Positions 35,771-47,632 of a stretch of DNA of 64,000 nt are shown piece by piece. Below the pieces are notes generated by a model. The model ran no database searches, was not told the DNA's origin, and saw only the letters and a list, made by a program, of their open reading frames with translations. The position numbers and the translations under genes are program-made. Where the stretch lies: assembly GCA_030390025.1 (NCBI GenBank), contig CM059432.1, positions 89,282,001 to 89,346,000 of the forward strand. The letters run 5' to 3'. Every line of letters begins with the position of its first letter. Within the stretch, counting starts at the first letter, position 1. The DNA is from Squalus acanthias. Lineage: Eukaryota.

Positions 35771-36795
35771 GATCAGTTCTTGTAGCCAGAGTATTTATGT
35801 GGCTGGTTCAGTTAAGTTTCTGGTCAAAGGTGACCCCAGGATGTTGATGGTGGGGGATTTGGCGATGGTAATGCCGTTGAATGTCAAGGGGTGGTGGTTA
35901 GACTCTCGCTTGATGGAGACAGTCATTGCTTAGCACTTGTACGGCGCGAATGTTACTTGCCACTTATCATGACAAGCCTGAATGTTGTCCAGGTCTTGCT
36001 GCATGTGGGCATGGACTACTTCCTTATCTGAGGAGTTGCGAATGGAAATGATAACTGCAATCATCAGCGAACATCCCCACTTCTGACCCTATGATGGAGG
36101 GAAGGTCATTGATGAAGCAGCTAAAGATGGTTGGGCTTAGGACACTGCCCTGAGGAACTCCTGCAGTGATGTCCTGGGGCTAAGATGATTGGCCTCCTAC
36201 AACCACAACTATCTTCCTTTGTGTTAGGTATGACTCCAGCCAGTGGAGAGTTTTCCCCCTGATTCCCATTGACTTCAATTTTACTAGACTCCTTGATGCC
36301 ACACTCGGTCAAATGCTGCCTTGATGTCTAGGGCATTCATTCTCACCTCACCTATTGAATTCAGCTCTTTTGTCCATGTTTGGACCAAGGCCTGGTCTGG
36401 AGCCGAGTGGTCCAGGCGGAACCCAAACTGAGCATCGGTGAGCAGGCTATTTGTGAGTAAGGGCCACTTGATAGCACTGCCGATGACACCTTCCATCACT
36501 TTGCTGATGATAGAGAGTGGACTGATGGGGCGGTAATTGGCTGGATTGGATTTGTCCTGCTTTTTGTGGACAGGCCATACCTGGGCAGTTTTCCACATTG
36601 TCGGGTAGATGCCAGTGTTGTAGCTGTACTGGAACAACTTGGCTAGAGGCATGGCTAGTTCTGGAGCATGTCTTCAGCACGACATCCAGGATGTTGTCAG
36701 GGCCCATAGCCTTTGTGCACTCAGCCGTTTCTTGATATCACGTAGAGTGAATTGGTTGAAGACTAGCTTCTTTGACGAAGGGGACCTCAGGAAGA
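35771..36795 (-). mobile_element. Non-LTR retrotransposon RT fragment (CR1-group, distinct family)
   Basis: [55 protein letters not shown] and FADD. Confidence 0.85.
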
Positions 36796-36864
36796 GGCCT
36801 GTGCATGTTTACGTGGCCATGTATGCAGAGCTACACTCCTCCAGGTTAATCGTTAATGTTTACA

Positions 36865-38710
36865 TAGGATTACATATGATTACATAGGATATACAGCACA
36901 GAAGCAGGCCATTCAGCCCAACTAGTCCATGCCAGCATTTATGCTCCACTCAAGCCTCCTCCCGTCTTTCCTCATCTAACTCTATCAGCATAACCCTCTA
37001 TACCCTTCTCCCTCATATGCTTGTCTAGCCTCCCCTTAAATGCATCTATACTATTCGCTTCAACCACTCCCTGTGGTAGCGAGTTCCACATTCTCACCAC
37101 TCCCTGGTTAAAGAAGTTCCTTCTAAATTCTCTATTTGATTTCTTGGTGACTATCTTATATTGATGGCCTCGAGTTTTGCTCTTCCCCACAAGTGGAAAC
37201 ATTCTCTCTGTATCTAATCTATCAAAGCCTTTCATAATTTTAAAGACCTCTATTAGGTCACCACTCAGCCTTCTCTTTTCAAGAGAAACGAGACCCAGCC
37301 TGTTCATCCTTTCCTGATAGTTATACCCTCGCATTTCTGGTATCATCCTTGTAAATCTTTTTTGCACCCTCTCAAGTGCCTCTATATCCTTTTTACAATA
37401 TAGCGACCAGAATTGTACGCAGTACTTCAAGTAAGGTCTAACCAAGGTTCGATACAGGTTTAGCATAACTTCTCTACTTTTCAATTCAATCCCTCTAGAA
37501 ATAAACCCTAGTTCTTGGTTTGCTTTTTTTATGGCCTTGTTAACCTGCGTCGCTACTTTCAGTGATTTGTGTATTTGTACTCCGAGATCCCTTTGCTCTT
37601 CTACCCCACTTAGATTCGTATTTTCCAAGTAACATGTGACCTCCCTATTTTTCTTACCGAAATGTAATGGCCCAGAAATTGATCTCGCTCTGTTCCCGCG
37701 GGGGTAAGGCTTCCCCGCGATCTCTCACTCCGCTTGTGCTTTTTCAGATCCAGCTCGCACGAACTTGATGTTCCAGACATCAGCTGGGCAGTGCTTGCGT
37801 ATCCCACCGGCGTAGTGAATTCGTGCGAGCTGTGGGATCACGTGACTCAGTTAGAGCCAATGGCAGCACACCATCTTCCATTCATAAGTTTCACTTACGT
37901 GCTGTGAAATCTATGAATCTTACACCCCCCCAAAATAACAGCTAAACCTCAATTAAATTTTTAAAAAAACCATCACATTAATAAAATAAGTATAGTTAAA
38001 TAAATTAACCATTTTAAATAAAAAATTAAATTTTTGAAAAAATTTAAAATCTTTTAAAAAGTTATAAAAATAAACTTACCTGTCTTTAAAGTCTCTAAAA
38101 AAGATATACCTGTTAAAAAAAATTCAAAAAAATACTTAATTCACTACTTACCTTGTTAAAAGTGGGTCTTACTCCTCCTTTTTCCATTTCTAAAATCTTC
38201 CGTACTTACCTGCGCGTCCAAAGCATGAAGTGCACAGCGTGCGCGCAGCCTGTAGCGCGCACGCGATGCACCGAGGAACCGCCCCCTTTTCAAAAGACCA
38301 AGTGCCGGTTTTCAGCGCATGCGCAGGGCATGCAGAAAACCGGCAATTGGAGAGAGAATACGCGAGAGTACGCAGTGCGTACTCTCGCGTCGCGAGATGA
38401 ATTTTTGGCCCAATACCTCACATTTATCTGTGCTGAATTTAATTTGCCAATTATATGCCCATTCTTCAAGTTTATTCATGTCATCTTGTAATTTGTTGCC
38501 GTCCTCCTCAGTATTGATTATCCCACCCGCCCCCCCCCGCCCAAAAAATTGTGTTTTTGATTCCAATTTAATATAAATTGTAAACAACAGTGGTCCCAGC
38601 ACTGATCCTTGTGGAACACCAAACGCCACCTTCTGCCACTCTGAATAGCTACCCTTTACCCCCACTCTCTACTTTCTGTCTTGAAGCCAGCTAGTTATCC
38701 ATTCTGCTGC
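36865..38710 (-). mobile_element. 5'-truncated CR1 LINE interrupted by a MITE
   Basis: ORFs 38312-38665 ([13 protein letters not shown]) and 36972-37628. Tail (tacatagga)n at ~36865. Confidence 0.92.
37669..38411. mobile_element. Harbinger-type MITE (AT-rich-core family), TSD AAT
   Basis: GGCCCAGAAATT / AATTTTTGGCCC termini and AAT duplicated. Inverted homologue of 15791-16552. Confidence 0.9.
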
Positions 38711-38760
38711 ATTGGTGTTACTGGAGAGACAGTGAGAAGAGTCAAAAATAAGTTAATAAT

Positions 38761-39208
38761 GAGGAGAGATTAAGTAGACTAGACCTATATTCCCTAGAGT
38801 TTAGAAGAATGAGAGGTGATCTAATTGAAACATATAAAATTCTTAAGGGGCTTGACAGGGTTAATGCTGAGAAAATGTTTCCCCTGGCTGGGGAGTCTAG
38901 AACACGGGGTCACAGTCACAGAATAAGGGGTCGGCCATTTAGGACTGAGATGAGGAGAAACTTCTTCACTCAGAGAGTGGTGAATCTTTGGAATTGCCTA
39001 CCCCAGAGAGCTGTGGATGCTCAGTTGTTGAGTATATACAAGACAGAGGTCAATAAACTTTTGGGAACTAAGGAAATCAAGGGATATGGGGATAGTGCAG
39101 GAAGGTGGAGTTGAGGTAGAAGATCAGCCATGATCTTATTGAATGGCGGAGCAGGCTCGAAGGGCCAAATGGCCTACTCTGGCTCTTATTTCTTATGTTC
39201 TTATGTTT
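38761..39208 (+). mobile_element. CR1 3' fragment flanked by 95-bp direct repeats
   Basis: ORF 38809-39114 plus tail. 38666-38760 is repeated at 39209-39303. Confidence 0.92.
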
Positions 39209-39614
39209 TCTCTACTTTCTGTCTTGAAGCCAGCTAGGTATCCATTCTGCTGTGTTGGTGTTACTGGAGAGACAGTGAAAAGAGTCAAAAATAAGATAAT
39301 AATTTTACTAGGAGGTGGAATGGATTTCCTGGGTACTTAGTACTGGGCTGGAGTTATACTACATCAGCTGTGAACCCGAAGTGGTGTTAAACTACCTACT
39401 AGAAGTGGTCTCAATTCTTGCTTTAGTGCAAATCTGATTACCAAGCTACTCCAGAATTATGCTGTCACTTTCACATTGATGCACACTGGAAACCTCATCG
39501 CATTGACACAGAGGTGGAATTACAGCAGCAGTCTTAAATTAACTTTTAACTTGTCACAAATAATCATTTGATGCTTAACCAAAGGAAACACATTCTAAAG
39601 AACAAAATACATCA

Positions 39615-40797
39615 GCACGAATTTTTCAGTGGTAATGACGATGAAACTGTCAGCGTTCGCCGTCATTACCACTCTGAAACTGACAGCAAGTTCTGGAGGT
39701 AGTGCATGTGTACATAAACGTGGAATTCATGAAGTTGCTGTCAGTGATTCTGCGCTTTTCCATAGGATGTGCTGTTGAACTCCCTGTAGCCAGCTATCTT
39801 TGAGAAATCACTGAACTGACGAGAACTTAAGCTTTTACCCTGTAATATTACTCTTTAAAAAAAAAAGGTTAAGTGACGTTGAATGAGGAGTAACTGGGTT
39901 TTCAATGGCGTACTGATTCATAATTACTGCTGAATAACCATTCTGGCCCTGAAAAAATAATTTTATATTTGTGGAATGTCAAATTTTTAAAATTCCATTG
40001 TTTGTTAATATCATATCATTTTTATTTTTATTTTAAAGTTTGTTTATGATATTTTAGCTACTACCTTAATCCCATCTGTATGTCTCAATCTTTATTTCAC
40101 TCTCTAAAATGATTAAAAAGTGAAGGAAAATCAGTACATTTTACTTCCTGGTGTGCTGTTTGTGAGAATTCTTCAATGTGATTCGCTGCTTAGCTAGCTT
40201 GATGACATCACTGCTGCTGGATGGTGGAGATCCCCTAGACTGACGTCAGCATGAAATTAACATTGGGGAAGCTACTGGAACGGTAGCATAGTGATAATGT
40301 CACTGGGCTAGTAATCCAGAGGCCTGGAATAATGATCCAGTATGTACCATCTACAAGATGCACTGCAGCAACTCGCCAAGGCTTCTTCGGCAGCACCTCC
40401 CAAACCTGCGACCTCTTCCACCTAGAAGGACAAGGGCAGCAGGCGCATGGGAACACCATCACCTCCAAGTTCCCCTCCAAGTCACACACCATCCTGACTT
40501 AGAAATATATCGCTGTTCCTTCATCGTCGCTGGGTCAAAATCCTGGAACTCCCTAACAGCACTGTGGGAGTACCTTCACCACACGGACTGCAGCGGTTCA
40601 AGGCGGCGGCTCACCACCACCTTCTCAAGGGCAACTAGGGATGGGCAATAAATGCTGGCATTGCCAGCGATGCCCACATCCCATAAACAAATTTTTAAAA
40701 AGTTCACACCACAGAGATCGCTAGACCTTTGTGGGCAGCTTTCTTCCAGGTCAGCGACGAGCGCCATCACTTCGCCATTGACTGCAAATTCCAGGCC
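39615..40797. mobile_element. Probable old MITE hosting a SINE
   Basis: The left part resembles the reverse complement of 3540-3689. Right end GCAAATTCCAGGCC. Termini are decayed. Confidence 0.4.
40276..40695 (+). mobile_element. SINE-like element: tRNA-like head fragment joined to a LINE-derived 3' tail
   Basis: A-box-like ggtagcatagtg...ctagtaatccagagg, then atgcactgcagcaactcgccaaggc...gggcaataaatgctggc...cccacatccc. Confidence 0.6.
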
Positions 40798-42021
40798 AAT
40801 ATTATTAATGAAATAATCTGTAAGTAACACCAGAGCTACAACAGGTCTAAAGGATCAGATACAGCAAGATAACAGAAAAAAACAATAACAGATAGAAGAT
40901 TTTGCTTTAATTTTCAGTTCATTTTTGCCAGAAAATAACCTTCCCACGGGTGATTGGCTGGTGCCTTGGGGGACTGTCCTTTTACTTTTGGACTGCAGTT
41001 TCAATCTAGTCCAGACTACAAATAAAACTTTCTAGAAGCTTTAAGAGTCTGATAAGAAGTGAACTTGGCCAGTCCCCTTTCTAAGTGGGCCATTCAGGAA
41101 ACAGCCTCAATTTGTTACAAACATTGGTAATCTCACCCCAAGAAGCCATAAAGATGGTTGGTGTAGGAAATGGAAAAATGATCACACTAGTGAGTAGAGG
41201 ATGTTCTTCTGTGATTATGATAAAAAGCACTTTTTGCACTGAAGCAGAGGAAGCTTTATTCTGCAGTTAACTATGCTGTACAAAATTTGGGAGTATTCAA
41301 TGCCAAGGGTAAGATTGAAATTCCTCTTTCCCCCATCCCTTCCCCCAGCCAGGTGATAGTCAGGTGAAGTGCACCCAAAGTGTCCTTCACCTCACATGAC
41401 CTGAACCTGCATGTATTTCCAGGTTATGGTTATAAGCCTAGGCCAGACACATTACCAGCTAAAACAGCCAGACAGACTCATGACAGAGTCTTGAGAGCGC
41501 ATCCAGTGCTTCTACATCAGGAACATCCACAGGAAAACTCCTTTCACAGTCCCTTAACACTATGGCTGTGCTTCTGTCCCATGATCCCACCCAAAATCAG
41601 GCAGAATCACAGTGGCAAATGAGGCCTATTGTCATCTCGCCATCCACCCTATATTTTCCTCCCCCTGTCCCCGCTGGGACTGCTTCTGGCCTCTTCTTCC
41701 CTGTCCAATGCATGTAAGTGACAGCGGGGTGGGGAAAATGGGGCCCAGATCCGCAGGAGGCTTTCCTCCTGTCCATCCATGTTACAGCCACTTCCCAGAG
41801 CCGGTAAACCATGGGAGAACATAAGAACATAAGAACATAAGAAATAGGAGCAGGAGTAGGCCAATCGGCCCCTCGAGCCTGCTCCGCCATTCAATAAGAT
41901 CATGGCTGATCTGATCCTAACCCCAAATCTAAAGAACACAAGAAGTAGGAGCAGGACCCGGCCACTCAGCCCCTGGGCCCGCTCCGCCACCCACAGGGCC
42001 CTGACCGATCCGAACTCAGCC

Positions 42022-44970
42022 TCATGTCCAATTTCCTGCCCGCTCCCCGTAACCCCTAATTCCCTTTACCTCTAGGAAACTATCTATTTCTGTTTTAAAT
42101 TTATTTAATGATGTAGCTTCCACAGCTTCCTGGGGCAGCAAATTCCACAGACCTACTACCCTCTGAGTGAAGAAGTTTCTCCTCATCTCAGTTTTGAAAG
42201 AGCAGCCCCTTATTCTAAGATTATGCCCCCTAGTTCTAGTTTCACCCATCCTTGGGAACATCCTTACCGCATCCACCCGATCAAGCCCCTTCACAATCTT
42301 ATATGTTTCAATAAGATCGCCTCTCATTCTTCTGAACTCCAATGAGTAGAGTCCCAATCTACCCAACGTCTCCTCATATGTCCACCCCCTCATCCCCGGG
42401 ATTAACCGAGTGAACCTTCTTTGTACTGCCTCGAGAGCAAGTATGTCTTTTCTTAAGTATGGACACCAAAACTGTATGCAGTATTCCAGGTGCGGTCTCA
42501 CCAATACCTTATATAACTGCAACAATACCTCCCTGTTTTTATAATCTATCCCCCTAGCAATAAAAGCCAACATTCCATTGGCCTTCTTGATCACCTGCTG
42601 CACCTGCATACTAACTTTTTGATTTTCTTGCACTAGGACCCCCAGATCCCTTTGTACTGCAGTACTTTCCAGTTTCTTGCCATTAAGATAATAACTTGCT
42701 CTCTGATTTTTCCTGCCAAAGTGCATAACCTCACATTTTCCAATATTGTATTGCATCTGCCAAATCTCCGCCCACTCACCCAGCCTGTCTATATCCCCTT
42801 GTAGGTTTTTTATGTCCTGCTCACTTTCTACTTTCCCTCCCATCTATGTATCATCTGCAAACTTTGATATGTTACACTCGGTCCCCTCCTCCAAATCGTT
42901 AATATAGATTGTAAAGAGTTGGGGACCCAGCACCGACCCCTGCGGAACACCACCGGCTACTGGTTGCCAGTCCGAGAATGAACCATTTATCCCAACTCTC
43001 TGCTTCCTGTTAGATAACCAATCCTCCACCCATGCCAGAATATTACCCCCAATCCAGTGATTTTTTATCTTGAGCAATAATCTTTTATGTGGCACCTTGT
43101 CGAATGCCTTCTGGAAGTCTAAATACACTACGTCCACTGGTTCCCCTTTATCCACCCTGTACGTTATGTCCTCAAAGAACTCAAGCAAATTTGTCAGACA
43201 TGACTTCCCCTTCATAAAGCCATGCTGACTTTGTCCTATTAAATTATGTTTATCTAAATGTTCCGTTACTGTCTCCTTAATAATAGACTCCAAAATTTTA
43301 CCCACCACAGATGTTAGGCTAACTGGTCTATAATTTCCAGCCTTCTGCCTACTACCCTTTTTAAATAAGGGTGTTACATTAGCAGTTTTCCAATCTGCCG
43401 GGACCTTTGCTGAGTCCAGGGAATTTTGGAAAATTATTACCAAAGCATCCACAATCCCTACTGCCACTTCCCTCAAGACCCTAGGATGTAAGCCATCAGG
43501 TCCAGGGGATTTATCCGCCTTGAGTCCCATTATTTTACTGAGTACCAATTCCTTAGTGATTTTAATCATATTTAGCTCCTCCCCCCCTAGACCCACCTGT
43601 TTGTCCAGTGTTGGGATATTCTTAGTGTCCTCTACCGTAAAGACTGAAACAAAATATTTGTTCAGCATTTTTGCCATCTCCATGTTTCCCACCATTAATT
43701 TCCCGGTCTCATCCTCTAAGGGACCTACGTTTGCCTTAGCCACCCTTTTTCTTTTTATATAACTATAGAAACTCTTGCTATCTGTTTTTATATTTTTTGC
43801 TAATTTATTTTCATAATCTATCTTCCCTTTCTTAATCAATCCTTTAGTTACTTTTTGCTGTCTTTTGAAGACTTCCCAATCTTCTATCCTCCCACTAAGT
43901 TTGGCTACCTTATATGTCCTTGTTTTTAGTCTGATACTATCCTTAATTTCTTTACTTAGCCACGGATGGCTGTCATTTCTTTTACACCCTTTTTTCCTCA
44001 GTGGAATATATTTCTTTTGAAAGTTGTAAAATAACTCCTTAAATGAACACCACTGCTCATGTACCGTCTTACGCTTTAATCTATTTTCCCAGTGCACTTT
44101 AATCAATTCCGTTCTCATACCATCATAGTCTCCTTTATTCAAGCTCAGTACGCTTGTTTGAGAACCAACCTTCTCACCCTCTAATTGGATATGGAATTCA
44201 ACCATGTTATGGTCACTCATTCCAAGGGGATCCTTAACTAGGACATTATTAATTAATCCTGACTCATTACACAGGACTAGGTCCAAGGTTGCTTGCCCCC
44301 TTGTAGGATCAGTTACATACTGCTCAAGAAATCCATCCCTAATACACTCAATAAACTCTTCCTCAAGGCTGCCCTGCCCAATTTGATTTGTCCAGTTAAT
44401 ATGATAGTTAAAATCCCCCATAATTATAGCTGTTCCCTTATTACATGCCCCAACTATTTCCTGATTAATACTTCTTCCAGCAGAGTTGCAACTATTAGGA
44501 GGCCTATATACTACTCCCACTAGTGTTTTTTTCCCCTTATTATTCCTTATCTCCACCCAAACTGTTTCATTATCCTGATCCTTTGACCCAATATCATTTC
44601 TCTGTATTACAGTGATTCCTTCCTTTATTAAAATAGCCACCCCACCTCCCCTTCCTTCCTGCCTGTCCTTCCTGATTGTTAAATACCCTGGCATATTTAG
44701 TTCCCAGTCGTTGTCACCCTGCAGCCATGTTTCTGTAATGGCCACAAGATCATACCCATACGTAGTTATTTGTGCCGTTAACTCGTCCATTTTGTTACGA
44801 ATGCTACGTGCATTTAGATAAAGAACTTTCAAATATGTTTTGTGACACTTAGTTCCTGCTTTTTCCTTTTTTAACACTTTACCTTTTACTCCATACCTTC
44901 TGTCCCTTCCTGACACGCTTTCCTCTGTCTCCCTGCTCAGGTGCCCAACCCCCTGCCACTTCAGTTTAAA
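42022..44970 (-). pseudogene. CR1 ORF2 (AP endonuclease plus reverse transcriptase), one premature TAG at 42844-42846
   Basis: YLNARS, AITETW, GVVYRPP, GDFN, LDLVL, SDH, QHGF, DFQKAFD, GVPQGS and FADDT*MGG. The two ORF-track segments are in the same frame. Confidence 0.95.
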
Positions 44971-45911
44971 CCCTCCCCAACAGCACAAGCAAACACTCCC
45001 CCTAGGACAGCGGTCCCGGCCCTGCCCAGGTGCAGACCGTCCGGTTTGTACTGGTCCCACCTCCCCCAGAACCGGTTCCAATGTCCCAGGAATTTGAATC
45101 CCTCCCTCTTGCACCATTCCTCTAGCCACATATTCATTTGAAATATCCTTCTATTTCTACTCTGACTAGCACGTGGCACTGGTAGCAATCCTGAGATTAC
45201 TACCTTTGAGGTCCTATTTTTTAATTTACCTCCTAACTCCCTATATTCTGCTTTTAGGACCTCATCCCCTTTTTTACCTATATCGTTGGTGCCTATGTGC
45301 ACCACGACAGCTGGCTGTTCGCCCTCCCCCTCCAAAATGTTCTGTAGCCGCTCTGAGACGTCCTTGACCCTTGCACCAGGGAGGCAACACACCATCCTGG
45401 AGTCTCGGTTGCGGCCGCAGAAACGCCTATCTATTCCCCTTACAATTGAGTCCCCTATCACTATAGCTCTTCCACTCTTTTTCCTCCCAGCCTGTGCAGC
45501 AGAGCCACCCATGGTGCCAGGAAGTTGGCTGCTGCTGCCTTCCCCTGATAAGTCATCCCCCCCAACAGTATTCAAAGTGGTATATCTGTTTGAGAGGGGG
45601 ATGTCCACAGGGGACCCCTGCACTACCTGCCTGCACCTCTTACTCTGCCTGGTGGTCACCCATTTACTTCCTGCCTGTACACCCTTTGCCTGCGGTGTGA
45701 CCAACTCGCTAAACGTGCTATTCACGAGGTTCTCAGCATCGCGAATGCTCCAATACGCATCCAATCGCAGCTCCAGCGCCGTAATGCGGTCTGCCAGTAG
45801 CTGTAGCTGGATACACTTCCCGCACACATGGTTGTCAAGGACACCGGAAGGGTCCCTGATTTCCCACATAGCACAGGAGGAGCATACCACGGGGCCGAGC
45901 TCTCCTGCCAT
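44961..45911 (-). CDS. CR1 ORF1p (316 aa): N-terminal Cys cluster, coiled coil, SGNH esterase
   Basis: CSSC...[34 protein letters not shown] and DGLHL, with no interruption. Confidence 0.92.
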   Translation of the reverse strand: MAGELGPVVCSSCAMWEIRDPSGVLDNHVCGKCIQLQLLADRITALELRLDAYWSIRDAENLVNSTFSELVTPQAKGVQAGSKWVTTRQSKRCRQVVQGSPVDIPLSNRYTTLNTVGGDDLSGEGSSSQLPGTMGGSAAQAGRKKSGRAIVIGDSIVRGIDRRFCGRNRDSRMVCCLPGARVKDVSERLQNILEGEGEQPAVVVHIGTNDIGKKGDEVLKAEYRELGGKLKNRTSKVVISGLLPVPRASQSRNRRIFQMNMWLEEWCKREGFKFLGHWNRFWGRWDQYKPDGLHLGRAGTAVLGGVFACAVGEGLN

Positions 45912-46172
45912 GACTTACCCTTTAATTAATTCAAATTAAATTAAAACAAATCAATCCCACCAATTGCACTACAGTTAAATGATATACTTAAGGGCCCTGG
46001 TTTACCAACAGTCCCCGCTACACCACAGAGAGCTTAGAAACTATAAACCACAGAGTTTAAGTTTAAAAAGAGAGAAATACTCACCAACCAATCACTTACC
46101 TGCTTTCTGGTGACGTCACACTTCGATTACTTTTTACTTTTCTCCCTCCGAGCTCGGAGATTGGTAAGCCTA

Positions 46173-46318
46173 CCTGGTCTCTGCCACCTCTTAAACCTCG
46201 CCGCCGCCGCCTGGTTCCCCGCAGGTCCGCCGCCGCTCTGAGGCCTACGTGGTCTCTGCCACCTCTTAAACCTCGCCACTGCCGCCGCCGCCGCCTGGTT
46301 CCTTGCAGGTCCGCCGCC
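46173..46318 (-). repeat. Two ~75-bp tandem units in the CR1 5' UTR
   Basis: tggtctctgccacctcttaaacctcgcc(gcc)n tggttcc..gcaggtccgccgcc occurs twice. Confidence 0.85.
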
Positions 46319-46804
46319 TACCAAGGTACAGATTTTCTGACATTCGAGTTATTTATGCCCCTCTAACTGCTTGGCCATTTCTTTGAGTGCTGTAGTGGTG
46401 GCTCCACTGTAGCACTGCTGGGATCTTATGGCCGGCCAATGGCAGGCTCCCTTCAGGCAGTGGGTTTCAGCAATGTTAGAGCGGTGGGCAGAAGTCTTGT
46501 CCCACTAGAACAATGCCACTGGGAGGCCAATCCTGGCTAATGTCTTCACTGCCACCTTCCTAAGAGCAGCATTTGTTGCACACATGTAACATTTCTATTT
46601 CCCACATCAAATATTCTGGCATGTTCTGAGTGAAATGGTCAATTGGGTGGCCGATTTTTGCATATATATATATGGGCAATTTATGCCAACTTTGTTCTAG
46701 TTAATGCCAGATAATGGTAATGCATTCTGATCCACTAGGAACAGTATTAGGACTGCCCACATTTATTTCACTTAGGATTTTCACAGCTGGCAGAGTAAGA
46801 AGAC

Positions 46805-47265
46805 ATCCATTGCCGTACACGGAGCAGGTAAACGACCTCTCCCCGGTGTGGATGCGCTGGTGCCTCAGCAGGTAGGATGAGCAGGTGAATCCCTTCCTGC
46901 AGGCGGAGCAGGTGAAGGGCTTCTCCCCAGTGTGCATCTGCCGGTGGGTCAGCAGGTTGGCGGAGCGGTTGAAACCCTTCCGGACAGGCGTATAGCCTCT
47001 CGCAGGTGTGGACCCTTTGGTGCACCAGCAGGTAGGAGGAGCGGGTGAATCCCTTCCCATAGGCCAGGAAGGTGAAGGGCCACTTCCCAGTCTGGATGTG
47101 CCAGTGGGTCAGCAGGTGGGATGAGTGGGAGAATCCCTTCCTGCAGGCCGGGCAGGTGAAGGGCATCTCCCTGTTGTGCTTCCGCCAGTGGGTCAGGAGG
47201 TGGGAGGCGTGGGTGAACCCTTGCCCGCACTTGGAGCAGACCAGTGACCCCTCCTCCTCGTCTGC
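46805..47265 (-). pseudogene. Degenerate tandem C2H2 zinc-finger array (about 5 fingers plus a truncated one)
   Basis: CSKCGQGFTHASHLLTH, CPACRKGFSHSSHLLTH and HTGEKPFTCSACRKGFTCSSYLLRHQRIHTGER. There is a frameshift near 46985, and several Cys/His ligands are lost. Confidence 0.85.
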
Positions 47266-47632
47266 GTGGACCCGCTTAGAACCAAAAGCCCCCCTTTCCC
47301 CATCCCGTCCTCCCTCACCTCGCTACTCCCCGCTGTGTTTTTTTCAGTCTGTATAACTGCTCGAAGCTCGATCTATCCACACAGTCAGCGCACTGGGACA
47401 TTCTCATTCCGTCGGTTGTGTGTGTGTGTGTCTGTCTCAGTGATTTTCCAGCCACACTGATGCTTCAAACCTTTTGTTACCCCACAGATGCAACACACAA
47501 ACACTTCTGCTTCTGCCTGCAAAGGCCAATGATGTTCAGGTTTCCGATGATTCGAGCTACGCCATCAGACCATACGTGTTGTTTGGCTGGTTTTCTTGTC
47601 AGCAAAAATGCTCCAATCTAAAACCCTTTAGG

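Larger units (their letters stand above)
41817..46320 (-). mobile_element. Essentially full-length young CR1 LINE
   Basis: GC-rich 5' UTR with tandem repeat, intact ORF1, ORF2 with a single in-frame stop, double 3' tail and (ttcttatg)n end. Confidence 0.97.

Noticed and set aside
44971..45129. ORF2 N-terminal extension MARGMVQ... as the real start
   Set aside because: It starts at GTG and overlaps ORF1, and the equivalent AUG in the 13-kb copy is closed by a stop after 7 codons.
45286..45939. 217-aa antisense ORF over CR1 ORF1
   Set aside because: Shadow ORF of the esterase frame with no motif support.
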